This document shows, piece after piece, positions 1 to 11,897 of a stretch of DNA of 64,000 bases. The stretch is from Microthyrium microscopicum. Lineage: Eukaryota. The position numbers were made by a program, and so were the translations under genes. The DNA lies in the NCBI GenBank assembly GCA_010405405.1, contig MU004230.1, forward strand, positions 2,576,627 to 2,640,626, written 5' to 3'. Every line of letters starts with the position of its first letter. Position 1 is the first letter of the stretch. The notes under the pieces are model-generated. The model worked only from the letters and a program-made list of their open reading frames with translations. It had not been told where the DNA came from and made no database searches.

Positions 1-573
1 CTAGTTGGAGATGAATCGTTCAGTGACAGTCAACAAGATGTCGAACTCTTGAACTCACGGAGTAGCCAAAGAATGTAGGAGACCATCCAGTGAAGATCCC
101 ACGAAATCCTTCAGCGCGACCAATCTTTCCCCAAGCTTCAAAGTTGCCTTTGTACAACTTGCTGTCAACCTGTCGTCTACACTTGACGAGATCAAGCGGC
201 GTAACAGCAGTATGCGTCAACCCCTGTAGACCTTTCAGTACAGCCATCACTGTGGTTTATAGACTGGTTCTCATACGCAAGCCACCAAACCACCGAATGT
301 ACACGCAGCGTAGAACTTTGGAGAATACATTTCAATAGCCCCAGTCTTGTTCTGTGCAATTGCGCTGGCCTTGCTGTATTCTTTGGCCGCAGCATCGCCC
401 ACCTGGGCTGCCTTTGCCTTGACATCATCTCCCACACTCCATGCCGAGTATACTTTCTCATTCGCGCGCCATTTCTTTTCAACGGGTGCTTCAGAGCTGG
501 ACGAATTGATACGGAGATAGCGAGCGAAGGGACTGTGGTAGAGAAGCGCGTCGGTGGAAGGTAGTAGAGGCAT
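1..573 (-). CDS. Mitochondrial phosphate/copper carrier (SLC25 PIC2/MIR1 family), 5' part; continues off the left edge
   Basis: ATG at 573. Exon 573-277 ends YSPKFYAACTFGGLVAC; intron 276-224; exon 223-59 reads GLTHTAVTPLDLVKCRRQVD...GWSPTFFGYS with the carrier signature PxDxxK; next donor GTGAGT at 58. Confidence 0.9.
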
Positions 574-1885
574 TTCAACAGGATCGTGGACTGCCAGAAG
601 CAGATAAACTTGCAGATATCCGCTATTTGGGAAATTGAGGTTCAACACAACCTTGTGCTCAAGTCGCAATGCTTGGATTGTCAGATCAATGTATGATGTA
701 AAGATAAGTCCGTCTTGGCAAGGCTGAGGGGTTAGCGCGGATTTAGTGTTAATTCAGAAAACCAATTGGACATTGAAGTTACTTCCTCGCCGATTGACGG
801 ACTCGCCCCGAAAATGACTGGTACACAGCTCAAAGATAGAAGTATCGCATTTTCGCATTTACGAAGATGTCAAGCCTCTTGGGCGCAATGGCAAGGCAGT
901 CAATTTCTGCTGCATTTTGGCTAAATCCGCAAATTGTGGGGAGGGTTTCAAGCCCCATTTCACGATAGTGACCAATCATAACACGGATCTTCTGCCACAG
1001 CCTCGTTCTCAGCCTGATATCTGCTTCCCACTTTGCCTTTCCGAATAGCATTAGACGAAGATCCAAGTCTACTCACGAGGTTCTAATGAAACCTGGGACT
1101 AAGTTACATGTCGCAAAAAATGTGTTTCCTCAAAACTTCGTTTCATTAATCTCCATTCGTAATGTAGGAAGCAATAGAAGTAAATCACTGCACGAATGAG
1201 CTGCTCAAACTTATTCAAGGAGGCAACTAGCATCTCATTTCATCACTCAACTTAAACGAGTGATAATCGTCGACATCATTGCAGTCTGTACCAAAGCCAA
1301 CCTTGGTAAGCTACCGAAATGCACTGATTTCAAGGTTGAAGGAATGTCCGTTCGGTCCCAAATTTGCACACTCCTCAAAACGTATATAAGCCGCCATTCC
1401 CCCCAGCACTGCAGAAATCTCCGCAAAGCACACCGGTTGACTACTTATTCGGTCCTCAATCCGAGCACTCGCCAAACAGTATATAAACCGCCATGACCCC
1501 AGCGCTGCAAGAACGTTCGCGGTTTTACGCACCACTCCCAGGCGTCTCTAATCCACGTTGGATCCCAGCTGCAGACCACAGCATACGAGCTCCTCTCATG
1601 CATGCACCGGAATATTTCAGTTTTCATCTGTTGATGTAGCAGAACTTCGTGGAGGCTAAAAGGTACCTCTAAGGTCACAACATATCAGTATTCGCAATGG
1701 TCAGCACGGAACAACTGGGAAATGGTGATAGTAGTAACCCGGGACCGACCATCTGCAAATTAGAGAAAATAAGAGTCTAGATCAATCTATATAATACATT
1801 GATACTATCATTAGAAAATTCATAATTATTTTACATGTAAAAAGGGTATAATGCTACAAAACCACATTTATCCTGCATAAATGCG

Positions 1886-3396
1886 TCACGATTCGGCCTT
1901 AACTGGCAGCGTGAATTCCGAAACAAACGACTCAAACGGCTTCCCACGTACTTTACGTCTCCGCTGGCCATTTTGATCCTTGACATCATGGAATAATTTT
2001 GGTTCGAAGCTGATTTGTGACCACACGTAGAACAGCCGTCGCCAATAGCACGCTTGCGCTGCCGGAGTGAGGTATCTGTCTCTGAAAGTTTGCACGCTAT
2101 TCCGTGCGATCCGCTGCGCCTTTCGAGGCGATGTAAGAAGATCTTTCATAGCCGAGTCTAGATTTGTGAAATTTCGGTCTACTGCGACGATATTTTGGTT
2201 CGGCCCTTCTGATATGAAGAGATGGGTATGTGGTTCGAGCCACATCGGGGTGTGGACGATGGAGACGGACTGGCAATTAAGGAGGTATTTGCCACGTCCG
2301 GAATAGGAATGTCCTTCGGTGTGGACGACAAATTTGTAGTTGCAGTGTTGTGGAATTGTCAAGCCGATTTTCTTTAGGTTGGCCTTATCGTCCCACGTTA
2401 TCGACTTGATATCCGCCCAAGGCTTGTTCTTCGATTTCTTCAATAGTTCTTCCCGCAGCTCATTAGTCGCGATAGCTCCACGCCAAACGGCTTTGGGGAA
2501 TTTGTGTTGCCATGATGGCTCGTTCTCTCGGATCTCGTGTCGAAGCTCGGAGTATTCGCCCATGAAGGATTCTGGCCAGCTCCAATAGCCAAAGTCCGGT
2601 ACCACCCATTTTTCAGGGTCTTCTTCGTGCCTAGTAAACACCCAGAGAGGCCAGCGGTGATCCGGGTCAAGGGGCCAGTCGGACAAGTTGAGGGCAAATT
2701 CGATGTTGGGAAGCTTTCCAGGATAAGAGATTACTGCTCGATTGATGGAGTGGAGGATAGCGATAGCGCGAGGAACATCGTAGCCGTGGTCTGCCCATTC
2801 GACATCGATTATGTAAAGCTACAAGATCACGTATTAGCATAAAATGATATGTTGTGCACGTCAACGCTGCGTACCTGCTTGTCATAAATCATCGCTCGGA
2901 GAATCTCGCCGCCACCTTCTCGCCATGTAATGTCGACATCTTGCTCTGTAATGCGTCCCAGGCCTTTCAGTATGCGATATTTGACAGCTCGCTCAATCTC
3001 ATAGTAGAATTTTGGAAACGCGATCGAGCATTGCTTAGGTGACAGGTGAAAGTTTCTCTCGTCGCGGTCCGTGTCAAAGGTCCAGTTATCGTGAAATCCG
3101 GAGTACTCATCCTCCGGGGTCAATGACATCGACGCATTGATCGGAATGCGCTGATCCATTGGTGGTAGTTTCCATATCTTTCTAGTTTCTGCTGATTCCT
3201 GCTCTGGTTTTGATTGAAGAGATGTCGGAAGCCGTGAGCCATAAGGAGGGAAGAAAACAGTCGTGATTAATATCAATAGAAGCACCATACAAGAGAAAGT
3301 GCACAGAGTGTAGCCGCGTCGATTTATCGTCCATGGTTTCATCGTTGGTGATGGCGGCGGCGAGCGAGCGAACCTGCCAGGCTTCCTTAACCACAT
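1886..3396 (-). CDS. Glycosyltransferase family 90 (CAP10/DUF821-like) type II membrane protein, 2 exons
   Basis: N-terminal TM anchor (FSCMVLLLILITTVFF). Motifs PDFGYWSW, AVWRG, HCNYKFVVHTEGHSYSGRGKYL and YLTPAAQACYW. One intron at about 2874-2819. Confidence 0.85.
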
Positions 3397-5093
3397 CGAA
3401 GCGTCTTTGGTAGAAATTTTTGTTTGGGAAGGAGATATTAGTCCATGCGCAGGTGTTGTGAGTGTTGTCGATGATTTGTAGCTACATTAATAAAAGTTGG
3501 AGGGGCAGTCGCGATCGAGGTGGTTGACGAGTATCGTGGAGTTGAGGTGAAGCTCCAACACTCTGCGGTTTGAGACGTGTTCGAGTCGAGTTTGCTGGAC
3601 CACTATCTCTAGATAACCAACCCAGCCAAATTGATATTGGCGCATACCTTGGCCGCGGGTACCTTGGCTGAACAACTTCTGACGAGAAGGCCTAGCTCCT
3701 TTAAAGTGTGCCTCTAATTGGAGATCTTCAAGGATTCAATGTTGCCATCGCTAGGACCACGATACGCTCTTTCAGTCACTGGATTCCAATTTGCCCTCAA
3801 ATTACCAACTGCCAACAGAGCCTACCTCTTTAACATCTTCCAATAAACGTGGTCAATTTCAACGCTTGCCCTGCACGATCACCACCGGGGAATGGACGTT
3901 CCTATACGCATAGCCGCACATCATACCAGCACTCTGAAGCTCCTCAAGTCACTGGCGACATTCTCATGTTCTAAGAACTATTTCGGAAAAACGAAGTGTA
4001 GACCAAGAAACTAAGATCACTTAGTAGAATCGATGCTACCTCATGATTTCTATCCTTGTCCGTTGCCAACAATATTAATCTATATTGATTAAAATTCTGA
4101 AGGATCATGTAGATCCAAAAAGCCTAACCGTTGGTACACTGTGTGATATCAGAAGTTCAGGACCCAACCATGAATATTCTAAACTAGCTAAGTAATCTCC
4201 CTTCGCCATTGGAGTACCAAGGACATGCTTATTGGAGTAGCATAAATATAAATAAAAGATAGTAATGGTTTGACATGATAGGGTTGTGCATGGGCCTCGA
4301 AAGGGAAACGTTGAGGCTCCTAGCTGAAAGAGTTACCGAAACTTCAACTGTAGGAAACATAAACATGTTCTAGAATTTCAATTAAGCTTCTCAGTAAACT
4401 GTTCACACAGACATCTATATCTAGTGACGCTTTGCTGAACTATTCACTAGTAATCAGCAATACAGCTTTCATTTGATCATAAATACTAGAGTAGGTCGTA
4501 CGCCTGGCAATCATTACAACACTTGACTGCTCCAGGAAAGTATGGTAGTGCCGACAACAAGAAGCGATATGAATAAGCTAATGACGATGAAATATGGGCC
4601 AAAGACTACACAGCTGGTGAATATCAAACAGAGGTGATGTTTACCAAGACTGCTATCCTGCAAGGGCCCGAAAGAAACCGGGAATTCCGCATCAGGTTAA
4701 CCTAGTTTAATATTCCGGTCCATCCCATGCTGCGGGTGAACTTCCACTTTATAGGAGCTGTAGCCTACTGTAGGGTGTAAAAGTCCAAGGCTGGGCAGAA
4801 ATCTCGGCATATGGACAGAAAGCTCACAGGAGAAGGAGGTTTAAGAGTATGCATTGTGAAATTGGGTAATTCCTGCAAGAGGATTCTATGTATAATCTAC
4901 AATACAGGCTAAAACCATCAAATATAACGATAACAACAAACTCCCGAGCCTTAGAACTCGTTGTGTAAAACGCTAGTTGTGCGAATCATAGGTTATGAAT
5001 GTGTACAATTGTGGTACGGGTATCAAAGCGCTTCTTCAAAACATGGCGCAAATCCCTTCTTCTTTTGTTTGGGATTGTTCTTCAAGAACACTT

Positions 5094-8000
5094 TCAATTT
5101 TTCTGTGGTTTTGCCGTGGTAGGCCGGAAGCCAACGAAAGGAAGCTTACTTCTGAGAAGCAAGCTACTGCAGATGACGCTAATGCTGCTCAATGCCATAG
5201 CAAGGGAAGCCCAGACTGGCTCGAGAACGATGTGTTTGCCGTTTGACACGATGGCATAGAATACGCCGGCTGAAACAGGCATGGCGATGATATTGTAGAC
5301 TAATGCCCATGCAAAGTTGAACCATACTCGTCGGAAGACTGCACGGCTGAGATCGATGAGGGTGATGATGGATGAGAGATCGGAGGAGATGAGCACAAAC
5401 TCGGCGGAGGAGATGGCGACGTCTGAGCCAGAACCGATGGCAATGCCGACATCAGCCATTGTCAAGGCGGGAGAGTCGTTGATACCATCTCCGACCATGG
5501 CGACGAGAGCGCGCTCCTTCTTGCCAGGTGGTGTGATGGTCTTTTGAAGGTATTGAATCTTTTCTGCTTTTTGCTCTGGCAGTACACCTGCGATGATATT
5601 GTCTTTGTGGATGCCAACCATGGCGCCGATGGCTTGAGCGGTATCAACGTTGTCACCCGAGAGCATCCACACAGCGATCTTGCGCTCTTGTAATGACTTG
5701 ACGATGAACTTGGCTTCGGGTCGGAGCGCGTCGGCGATAGCGAAAGTGACAGTCAAGATCCATCCATTTTCGGATGGATCGGAGAAAGGGCTAGTAGCTC
5801 GAAGCGCTACAAGGACAACACTATTGCCTGCTCTTTTCCAGGTTGAAAGAAACTCTTTTGTCTCGTCGGTGATGGTGACCTTGAACTCATTCATCAGGGT
5901 CTCATTGCCAACAAGGACTTCGACGTCAAGAGCCGGGTTGCTTCCTTCTTCCAGTCTGAAAATGCCTAGCATTCCTTTGCCTGGCTTCTCGTGAATCTCG
6001 GTTGGAACGTAGGTTTGCATGGAACGAGCAGCACAGAAACCGACCACGGCCTTTGCAATCGGGTGACCACTATTCTCCTCGATTCTCTTGACCATGCCCA
6101 AATATTCTTGCTCGTTATCATCAGTGAGTTGGCGAAAATCGACGACGGTAGGATCGCCACCAGTAGTCAATGTACCTGTCTTGTCGAATACAATGCAGTC
6201 CAGATCACTGGCTTCTTGGAAAGCTTCGCCTCCACCCTTGACAAGAATGCCGTTCTTGGCCGCCATACCTCCGCCCACAAATAGAGCAGTAGGGGCAGCA
6301 AGACCAATACCACAAGGGCAGGCTACAACGAACACGGAAATGGCAAATCGTAGAGCCCAGAGAGCCCAGCCACCATGTTGTCCTTCAATCCAGGCTTGAG
6401 GCAATCTGCCTCCAAGACCAAGACCAAGCCAGGTGCACCATGTGATGATACCAACGGATACGACGAATGGGACAAAGTGACTGGTGATGATGTCGGCAGC
6501 ACGCTCTACTGGTGCACGTTTCGCTTGACCTTCTCGAACGACCTTGATGATTTGATCAAGCATAGAAGACCCGGATACGGTGGTAAGTTTGACTGAGATG
6601 GGGCCAGTCTTGTTGACAGTTCCTGAATATACTGGATCGCCGGGATTCTTGGGCACCAGTCGGGATTCTCCAGTCAAGCTGGATTCGTCAAACTGTGCTG
6701 CTCCATCGATGACGATACCATCATAAGGAGGTGATGCTCCGTTTTGTACAAGAACAGTGTCTCCAACATCCAGCAAGTCGATCGCTAGCTTTCGACCCGC
6801 GACGTCAGTTTCTTCTATGAGAATGGCTTCTGTGGGTCTCAGCTTGCCAAGAGCAGTAACGGCATCTCCAGTTTTAGCTTTGCTGTACGCTTCAATAAAG
6901 CGACCGAGCAAAAGAAACATGGTCAGGAAAATGACAGAGTCGAAATAGTTATGGCTGTCATCGTTCATTGATGAATGTCCTTCTGGCATTGCGGACTTGG
7001 CAGTATGACCGGACATGGACGAATGGGCCGACATTGAATTATCTTTCATGGGGGCGTGGCTATCCATTCCGTGCGTAACGTGGGCATTCTTCTCCGTCGC
7101 CTCTAGAATTAACTCGGCGATTGATGAGAAGTAGGCAACGGAAGTACCCAATGACATGAGCATGTTCATGCTACCAAATCGGATGAACCGGTCGAGTAGA
7201 GATGTTTTGCTGCCTGGCCTCCATAAGGCCTTGAGTTCTTTCAGTGCTTTTCGGTGGAAAGTATCGGCCGCGAAGAAATAAATCGGAGTGGCAAGGAAGA
7301 ACAGTGCCCATTCAGCCCGACTGACTGTTCCAGCCCACATTGGATGCATCATGTACATCCTTATGCTGCTGTTCTTCATCATGAGACTCATACATACAAC
7401 TCCGATGATGAATGCAGGAATGGCAGTAGTGACAGCGAGAGCAAGACGGAACAGAATTCTTTTTCGTTCGCGAGCATGCATCTCTCTTGAGCGGTCCTCA
7501 ATGGTTGGTGGATGGTAGATAGATGTGACAAATGCGTTGTCAACGGAGTTGATGGTGCTAAGGATATGTCGAATCGTAAACTCGGGAGGTCTTGATATGT
7601 ATTTGAGTGTCAATATAGGGTCTTTCAACGTGATTTCTTTGACGATATCGATGGAATTGCCATATGTTTCCTTGAGCATGTTGACTATCCTGTCAGGGCA
7701 ATGGTGACAATACATATCATCAACTTTGATATAGACTTCCCGTGATTTGAGGTCGTCAGTCTGTACTGCCCCCAGCTCTTCGACTTTATCGACGGCAACA
7801 TCGAAGCCAGCATCTTCAATTGATTCTGTGATTTGAGCCAGATTATCTCGTCCTTCGAATATGATGGTGCCGCTATTGGAGATCAAGTTGATACTTGCAT
7901 TTTCGATGAAGGGTAATTGATCGAGTTGACCGATGATGCTGTTGACACAAGCACTGCATGTCATGCCACTGATGGCCACCTCGACTTTCCATAGTTCCTT

Positions 8001-8909
8001 GCCTGACTTTTTGGATGACTTTGGCTTTTGTTGTTCCAAGTTTTCGATCTTGGCATCGAATCCAGCATCCTCAATGGTGGTGACAATTGATTGTGCATGA
8101 TCTTGACCATTGAATAGCACGGTAGCACTGTTCGTTAGCAACGCGACGTTGATAGTTCGAACGAAGGATAGCTCTTCAACAGCTCGTGTAATGGCGCCTA
8201 CACAGGCACTGCATGTCATGCCCACAATTGAGATTTCTGCTTGCCATATATCTTCTTGGGATGACGTATCCACCACAACGAAGTCTGATTTTTCGTCGAC
8301 AACCTCAAGCTGTTCCACCTTGGTTCCTTCCTTGGACAATGAGCTGATAGATCCGGATCCCCCTGTCGGTATCGAGCCGGATGCTTCGTTGTGAAGAGCA
8401 CCGGCAACTTCTGCACGGCACTCGGCGCAGTGCGCTGCGTGGGTTCGCTTTTTGCCCATGTCGGCGCTTTCGATTCCTCCTTGTGATGTCTCTGAGTTGT
8501 ACGATTGTCTGATATCTCTGTGTCTGGTGATACTACTCCTCCATGACGTTCGCCACTTCTTAATTGCTTCGTCGAGGGAGTCTACCCACTCACTTCCGGA
8601 GATTCGAGTAGGTCGAGAACTGTGATCGTTGCCTACAACGCTATGGATCTCGAAGCCGGAGGTGTCAAGAGCGTTGACAATGGTAGACTGGAGTAACGAA
8701 GGAGAATGGACAATGCTGACGCTATGTGTTAAGATTGAAACAGCAATTGATTCTGGTGGTGGATGTAAGTTGTTGAGAGTCGTTTGAATGAGCTGAGAAC
8801 AGGAATTGCAATGCAAGTTGGCAATAAAGACGGTTGTTAAGATCTGCTGGCCAGTTTCTGTGGGGAAACTGATTGCTTGCGGGCCATGGGTGTTTAGAGA
8901 CGAGTCCAT
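5094..8909 (-). CDS. crpA: Copper-transporting P1B-1 ATPase, CrpA/Crp1 (efflux) type, intronless
   Basis: HMA motifs NLHCNSC, two GMTCSAC and MYCHHCP; TGES, CPC, DKTGT, HP and GDGIND; YN and MALSS copper-site residues. The N-terminal xHCxxC domain and MxCxHCP motif resemble Candida Crp1/Aspergillus CrpA more than Ccc2 (from memory). First ATG at 8909. Confidence 0.88.
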   Translation of the reverse strand: MDSSLNTHGPQAISFPTETGQQILTTVFIANLHCNSCSQLIQTTLNNLHPPPESIAVSILTHSVSIVHSPSLLQSTIVNALDTSGFEIHSVVGNDHSSRPTRISGSEWVDSLDEAIKKWRTSWRSSITRHRDIRQSYNSETSQGGIESADMGKKRTHAAHCAECRAEVAGALHNEASGSIPTGGSGSISSLSKEGTKVEQLEVVDEKSDFVVVDTSSQEDIWQAEISIVGMTCSACVGAITRAVEELSFVRTINVALLTNSATVLFNGQDHAQSIVTTIEDAGFDAKIENLEQQKPKSSKKSGKELWKVEVAISGMTCSACVNSIIGQLDQLPFIENASINLISNSGTIIFEGRDNLAQITESIEDAGFDVAVDKVEELGAVQTDDLKSREVYIKVDDMYCHHCPDRIVNMLKETYGNSIDIVKEITLKDPILTLKYISRPPEFTIRHILSTINSVDNAFVTSIYHPPTIEDRSREMHARERKRILFRLALAVTTAIPAFIIGVVCMSLMMKNSSIRMYMMHPMWAGTVSRAEWALFFLATPIYFFAADTFHRKALKELKALWRPGSKTSLLDRFIRFGSMNMLMSLGTSVAYFSSIAELILEATEKNAHVTHGMDSHAPMKDNSMSAHSSMSGHTAKSAMPEGHSSMNDDSHNYFDSVIFLTMFLLLGRFIEAYSKAKTGDAVTALGKLRPTEAILIEETDVAGRKLAIDLLDVGDTVLVQNGASPPYDGIVIDGAAQFDESSLTGESRLVPKNPGDPVYSGTVNKTGPISVKLTTVSGSSMLDQIIKVVREGQAKRAPVERAADIITSHFVPFVVSVGIITWCTWLGLGLGGRLPQAWIEGQHGGWALWALRFAISVFVVACPCGIGLAAPTALFVGGGMAAKNGILVKGGGEAFQEASDLDCIVFDKTGTLTTGGDPTVVDFRQLTDDNEQEYLGMVKRIEENSGHPIAKAVVGFCAARSMQTYVPTEIHEKPGKGMLGIFRLEEGSNPALDVEVLVGNETLMNEFKVTITDETKEFLSTWKRAGNSVVLVALRATSPFSDPSENGWILTVTFAIADALRPEAKFIVKSLQERKIAVWMLSGDNVDTAQAIGAMVGIHKDNIIAGVLPEQKAEKIQYLQKTITPPGKKERALVAMVGDGINDSPALTMADVGIAIGSGSDVAISSAEFVLISSDLSSIITLIDLSRAVFRRVWFNFAWALVYNIIAMPVSAGVFYAIVSNGKHIVLEPVWASLAMALSSISVICSSLLLRSKLPFVGFRPTTAKPQKN

Positions 8910-11897
8910 GTTGTCTAGGGTGTAATCTAGGTACGCTCGTATCAAGGAATCGTATCGAGAAGCTGTCTTGGCTTAATTAAAGATCGCTGGACTGCACTTC
9001 ATATATCAAACAATCGCATGACCTACAGGGTAAAGTACTAGGTCTGTTCGCGGGATTGAGCCTATGGCAGCAGGTGATATGGAAAGAGGCGACTGAAAAT
9101 CAGAGAAGAAGTTATGTGCCTAGACAAGCAAAAATTGTGGCCGCACAAATATCTCGTTCAGTGAAGTATAGAGCAAAAAAAGCTAAAGCTGGGAGTCAGA
9201 TGCGTCAATTCCGCGCTGGAATGTTGTGGAATAATGGGAGGTGCAAACAAGGGGAATGCCACTGCCGTCCAACACTCGTGGCACTTGCCATTGACAAACC
9301 TCATTTCTCAACTTCTAGAATACTCTACTTTACAGTCGTAACATGTACAAAGTCTACGAGGTTTTGAAACTGGCAGCGGTGCCGCTGGTGGATGACGAGG
9401 TGGCAATATCCAATGAAAGGATCGTGAATTCGCGACCAACTGGGCTGACCCCATCGCCGCTAAAACTTCCCATCCGATATGGAAGAGCGAACATAGGAAA
9501 GCCATTGTCAAGCACGCGGCCCTAATCTAAAGATGACATGGTTGCGTGGCCAGGTGTCACAGCGCAGACGTTGCCAAAATATAAGGTCTAGTATAGAGAG
9601 AATGAAGTGAAGTTAATTAAGTGGCGGCTGGGGCGAGAGCGAACCTACATGTAGCCAGGGTTTGGACGCTATAGCGATTACTAATTTTCTGTATGTCCTA
9701 AAGACCTACTTTATGGCTCCTTATGGCTAGATCGCGATATCTTGAACGCTTCATGCCTGACAAGTTGCTTACATAACGCGTAATCAGTCCAAGCGAGCAA
9801 CTCAAAGATCATCTACCTGCCTTGCCTGCCTATCATCGCTACTATGTATGATCAATGCCGCATGCCGCAGCTGTCACAAGTATCATTGCTAACGATATCA
9901 AGCTGACACCAGCAATCATTACCACTACTATTGTACATTTCTTCGAAGCGCTATCATGCGCGAGGCACGCCGTCCGGCAACCTGGCTATGACTCCAAATA
10001 TGACGGACACTAACAACCTCCTATTCGCCTTGCGAGAATAATGCGCACCAGTAATTCAACAATCCGCTATAATCCTCAGTAACAAACGTGGCAAATCCAT
10101 CCATCACTCCAGCTCCCAAGCCATGCTGAGCAACCACAATCCCGTCCCAAGGGACATCCGAGCATGCCAACCAAAAAGACCCATAAAGAGTGACAAAATA
10201 GAGACATTACAAAATCTCCTGCTCCTTCTAGATCTGGTCTCAGTCCACCCGCACATGTCCAACCCACGAGCCTTTCTAGCGGAAGCAAAGCCGTGCGACT
10301 GGCCGATCCTCGCAATCGTCTGCTCAATATAGATTGACCACTCCCCCCAGCCAACCAGCCCACCAAAAAAGAAACGACTCCCTACAACCCAATACCCTTT
10401 CGCGGCTCCGCCAACCGGATAATCTCCCCTCGTACCTGCATTTTTCCTGCTAATGTACTCCAGAATGTCCAGATCAAGCTTACTCCCCGGAAACAATCGA
10501 CCCACTGGCCAAGCTCCCCAGACATCACATCTATCTTTATATTAGGCTGTCAGTGCAAAGTCGCGTGGTAACCAAGCATGAGACCTTGCTGGTGACGAGA
10601 AAAATTGTCCATCGACTGGCGTGACTGTCGTATTTTGGCAGCTGGCCAAATCATCGTGGTGCCACCACGTAACTATGCTTAGCAACAACTGATCTCCGCT
10701 AGGAGTCTACATTTCGCGATTGCTTCCCACGTTCGGGTATAGATCTGAGAAAATGTTGTAAATTTGGTTCGTAACACGACCTTGATCTTGAATTGGGACC
10801 TTGATCGTCATAGACTATCAACCGCAATATTGGTATCGCGTACGTAGACCACCACCTCAATTTGCATGTTGCGTCCGGGGATGCTCCAAAAGATTCCCAG
10901 GCTTGAAATGAGACCGAGCATGGTGTTAGTTGGACGGCCCACAGTAGCGGATAGTAGCAAGTACTCAAGCACGTGTGGCATCAATCTTGCCAATGTGTAG
11001 TACGCAGTGCCACCGAACCGTCGACAGAAGTGCGAAGTAACGGTATCATTTTATCTGGTACATCGCGGTAGTCCTTCGTTCTCGACAGCGAACTGGATCC
11101 CCAGCTCCTGTTTCAGGCTTTCAACAAGTATATTTGAGTCACATAAGATGAAGATGTCGATAAACCATTCTTCTTCATGGGTCTCTGGCAATCAAAAGCA
11201 CTGGACATGAACAAATGCTCTTAGTCGTAATTGAAGATTTTCAGTTACGAAGCTCACAGATATCAAGCTTTTTCATACAAGACTTTCCACGCGATTGACT
11301 GTAAATTTCCGAATAACTCTCTTGGCACATCACGGGAGCTCGATTATTACATATCGTCTGGCACTGAAGATACTATATTCAGTGGAATATATATCAAAGC
11401 TTCAAATGACAACGTCAGCTGTCTCACTGACAGCCCTGTCCACGTACCTGTAGCCTTTAGGCTTTTACGCTCTTTTAAAGATTTCGGATAGATAAGGGAA
11501 ATAGTCCAGTATAGATTTGTTAGTAATATTGAGTGGAGGCAGCCCTGTCTTAGCATGAATAATATTTTGATAATCCATCACTAATGCCAACGGCTATATC
11601 CGCGAAGCAATGGCACTCATGTATTTACTTTGTGATATTTCAACAGAATAGGCAATGCGGATTGACATATGGGTTCATCATCTCAATTAACTATGTATGA
11701 AGAATGACAGCAATTCCATGGGGTATCAAGCTGCCCTTTCCCAGCCAGCCATAAGGACTTTGGAATCAGAATACAAAACGCCGTAACATTCGTCATGATT
11801 CTCATACAACTACACCTGGCATTGCGGCCCATCCGCCCGGCTCAGATTCTACCGTTTCTTTGGATATCGTTGGTACGCAAGTAGTCGGTGAACCGTG

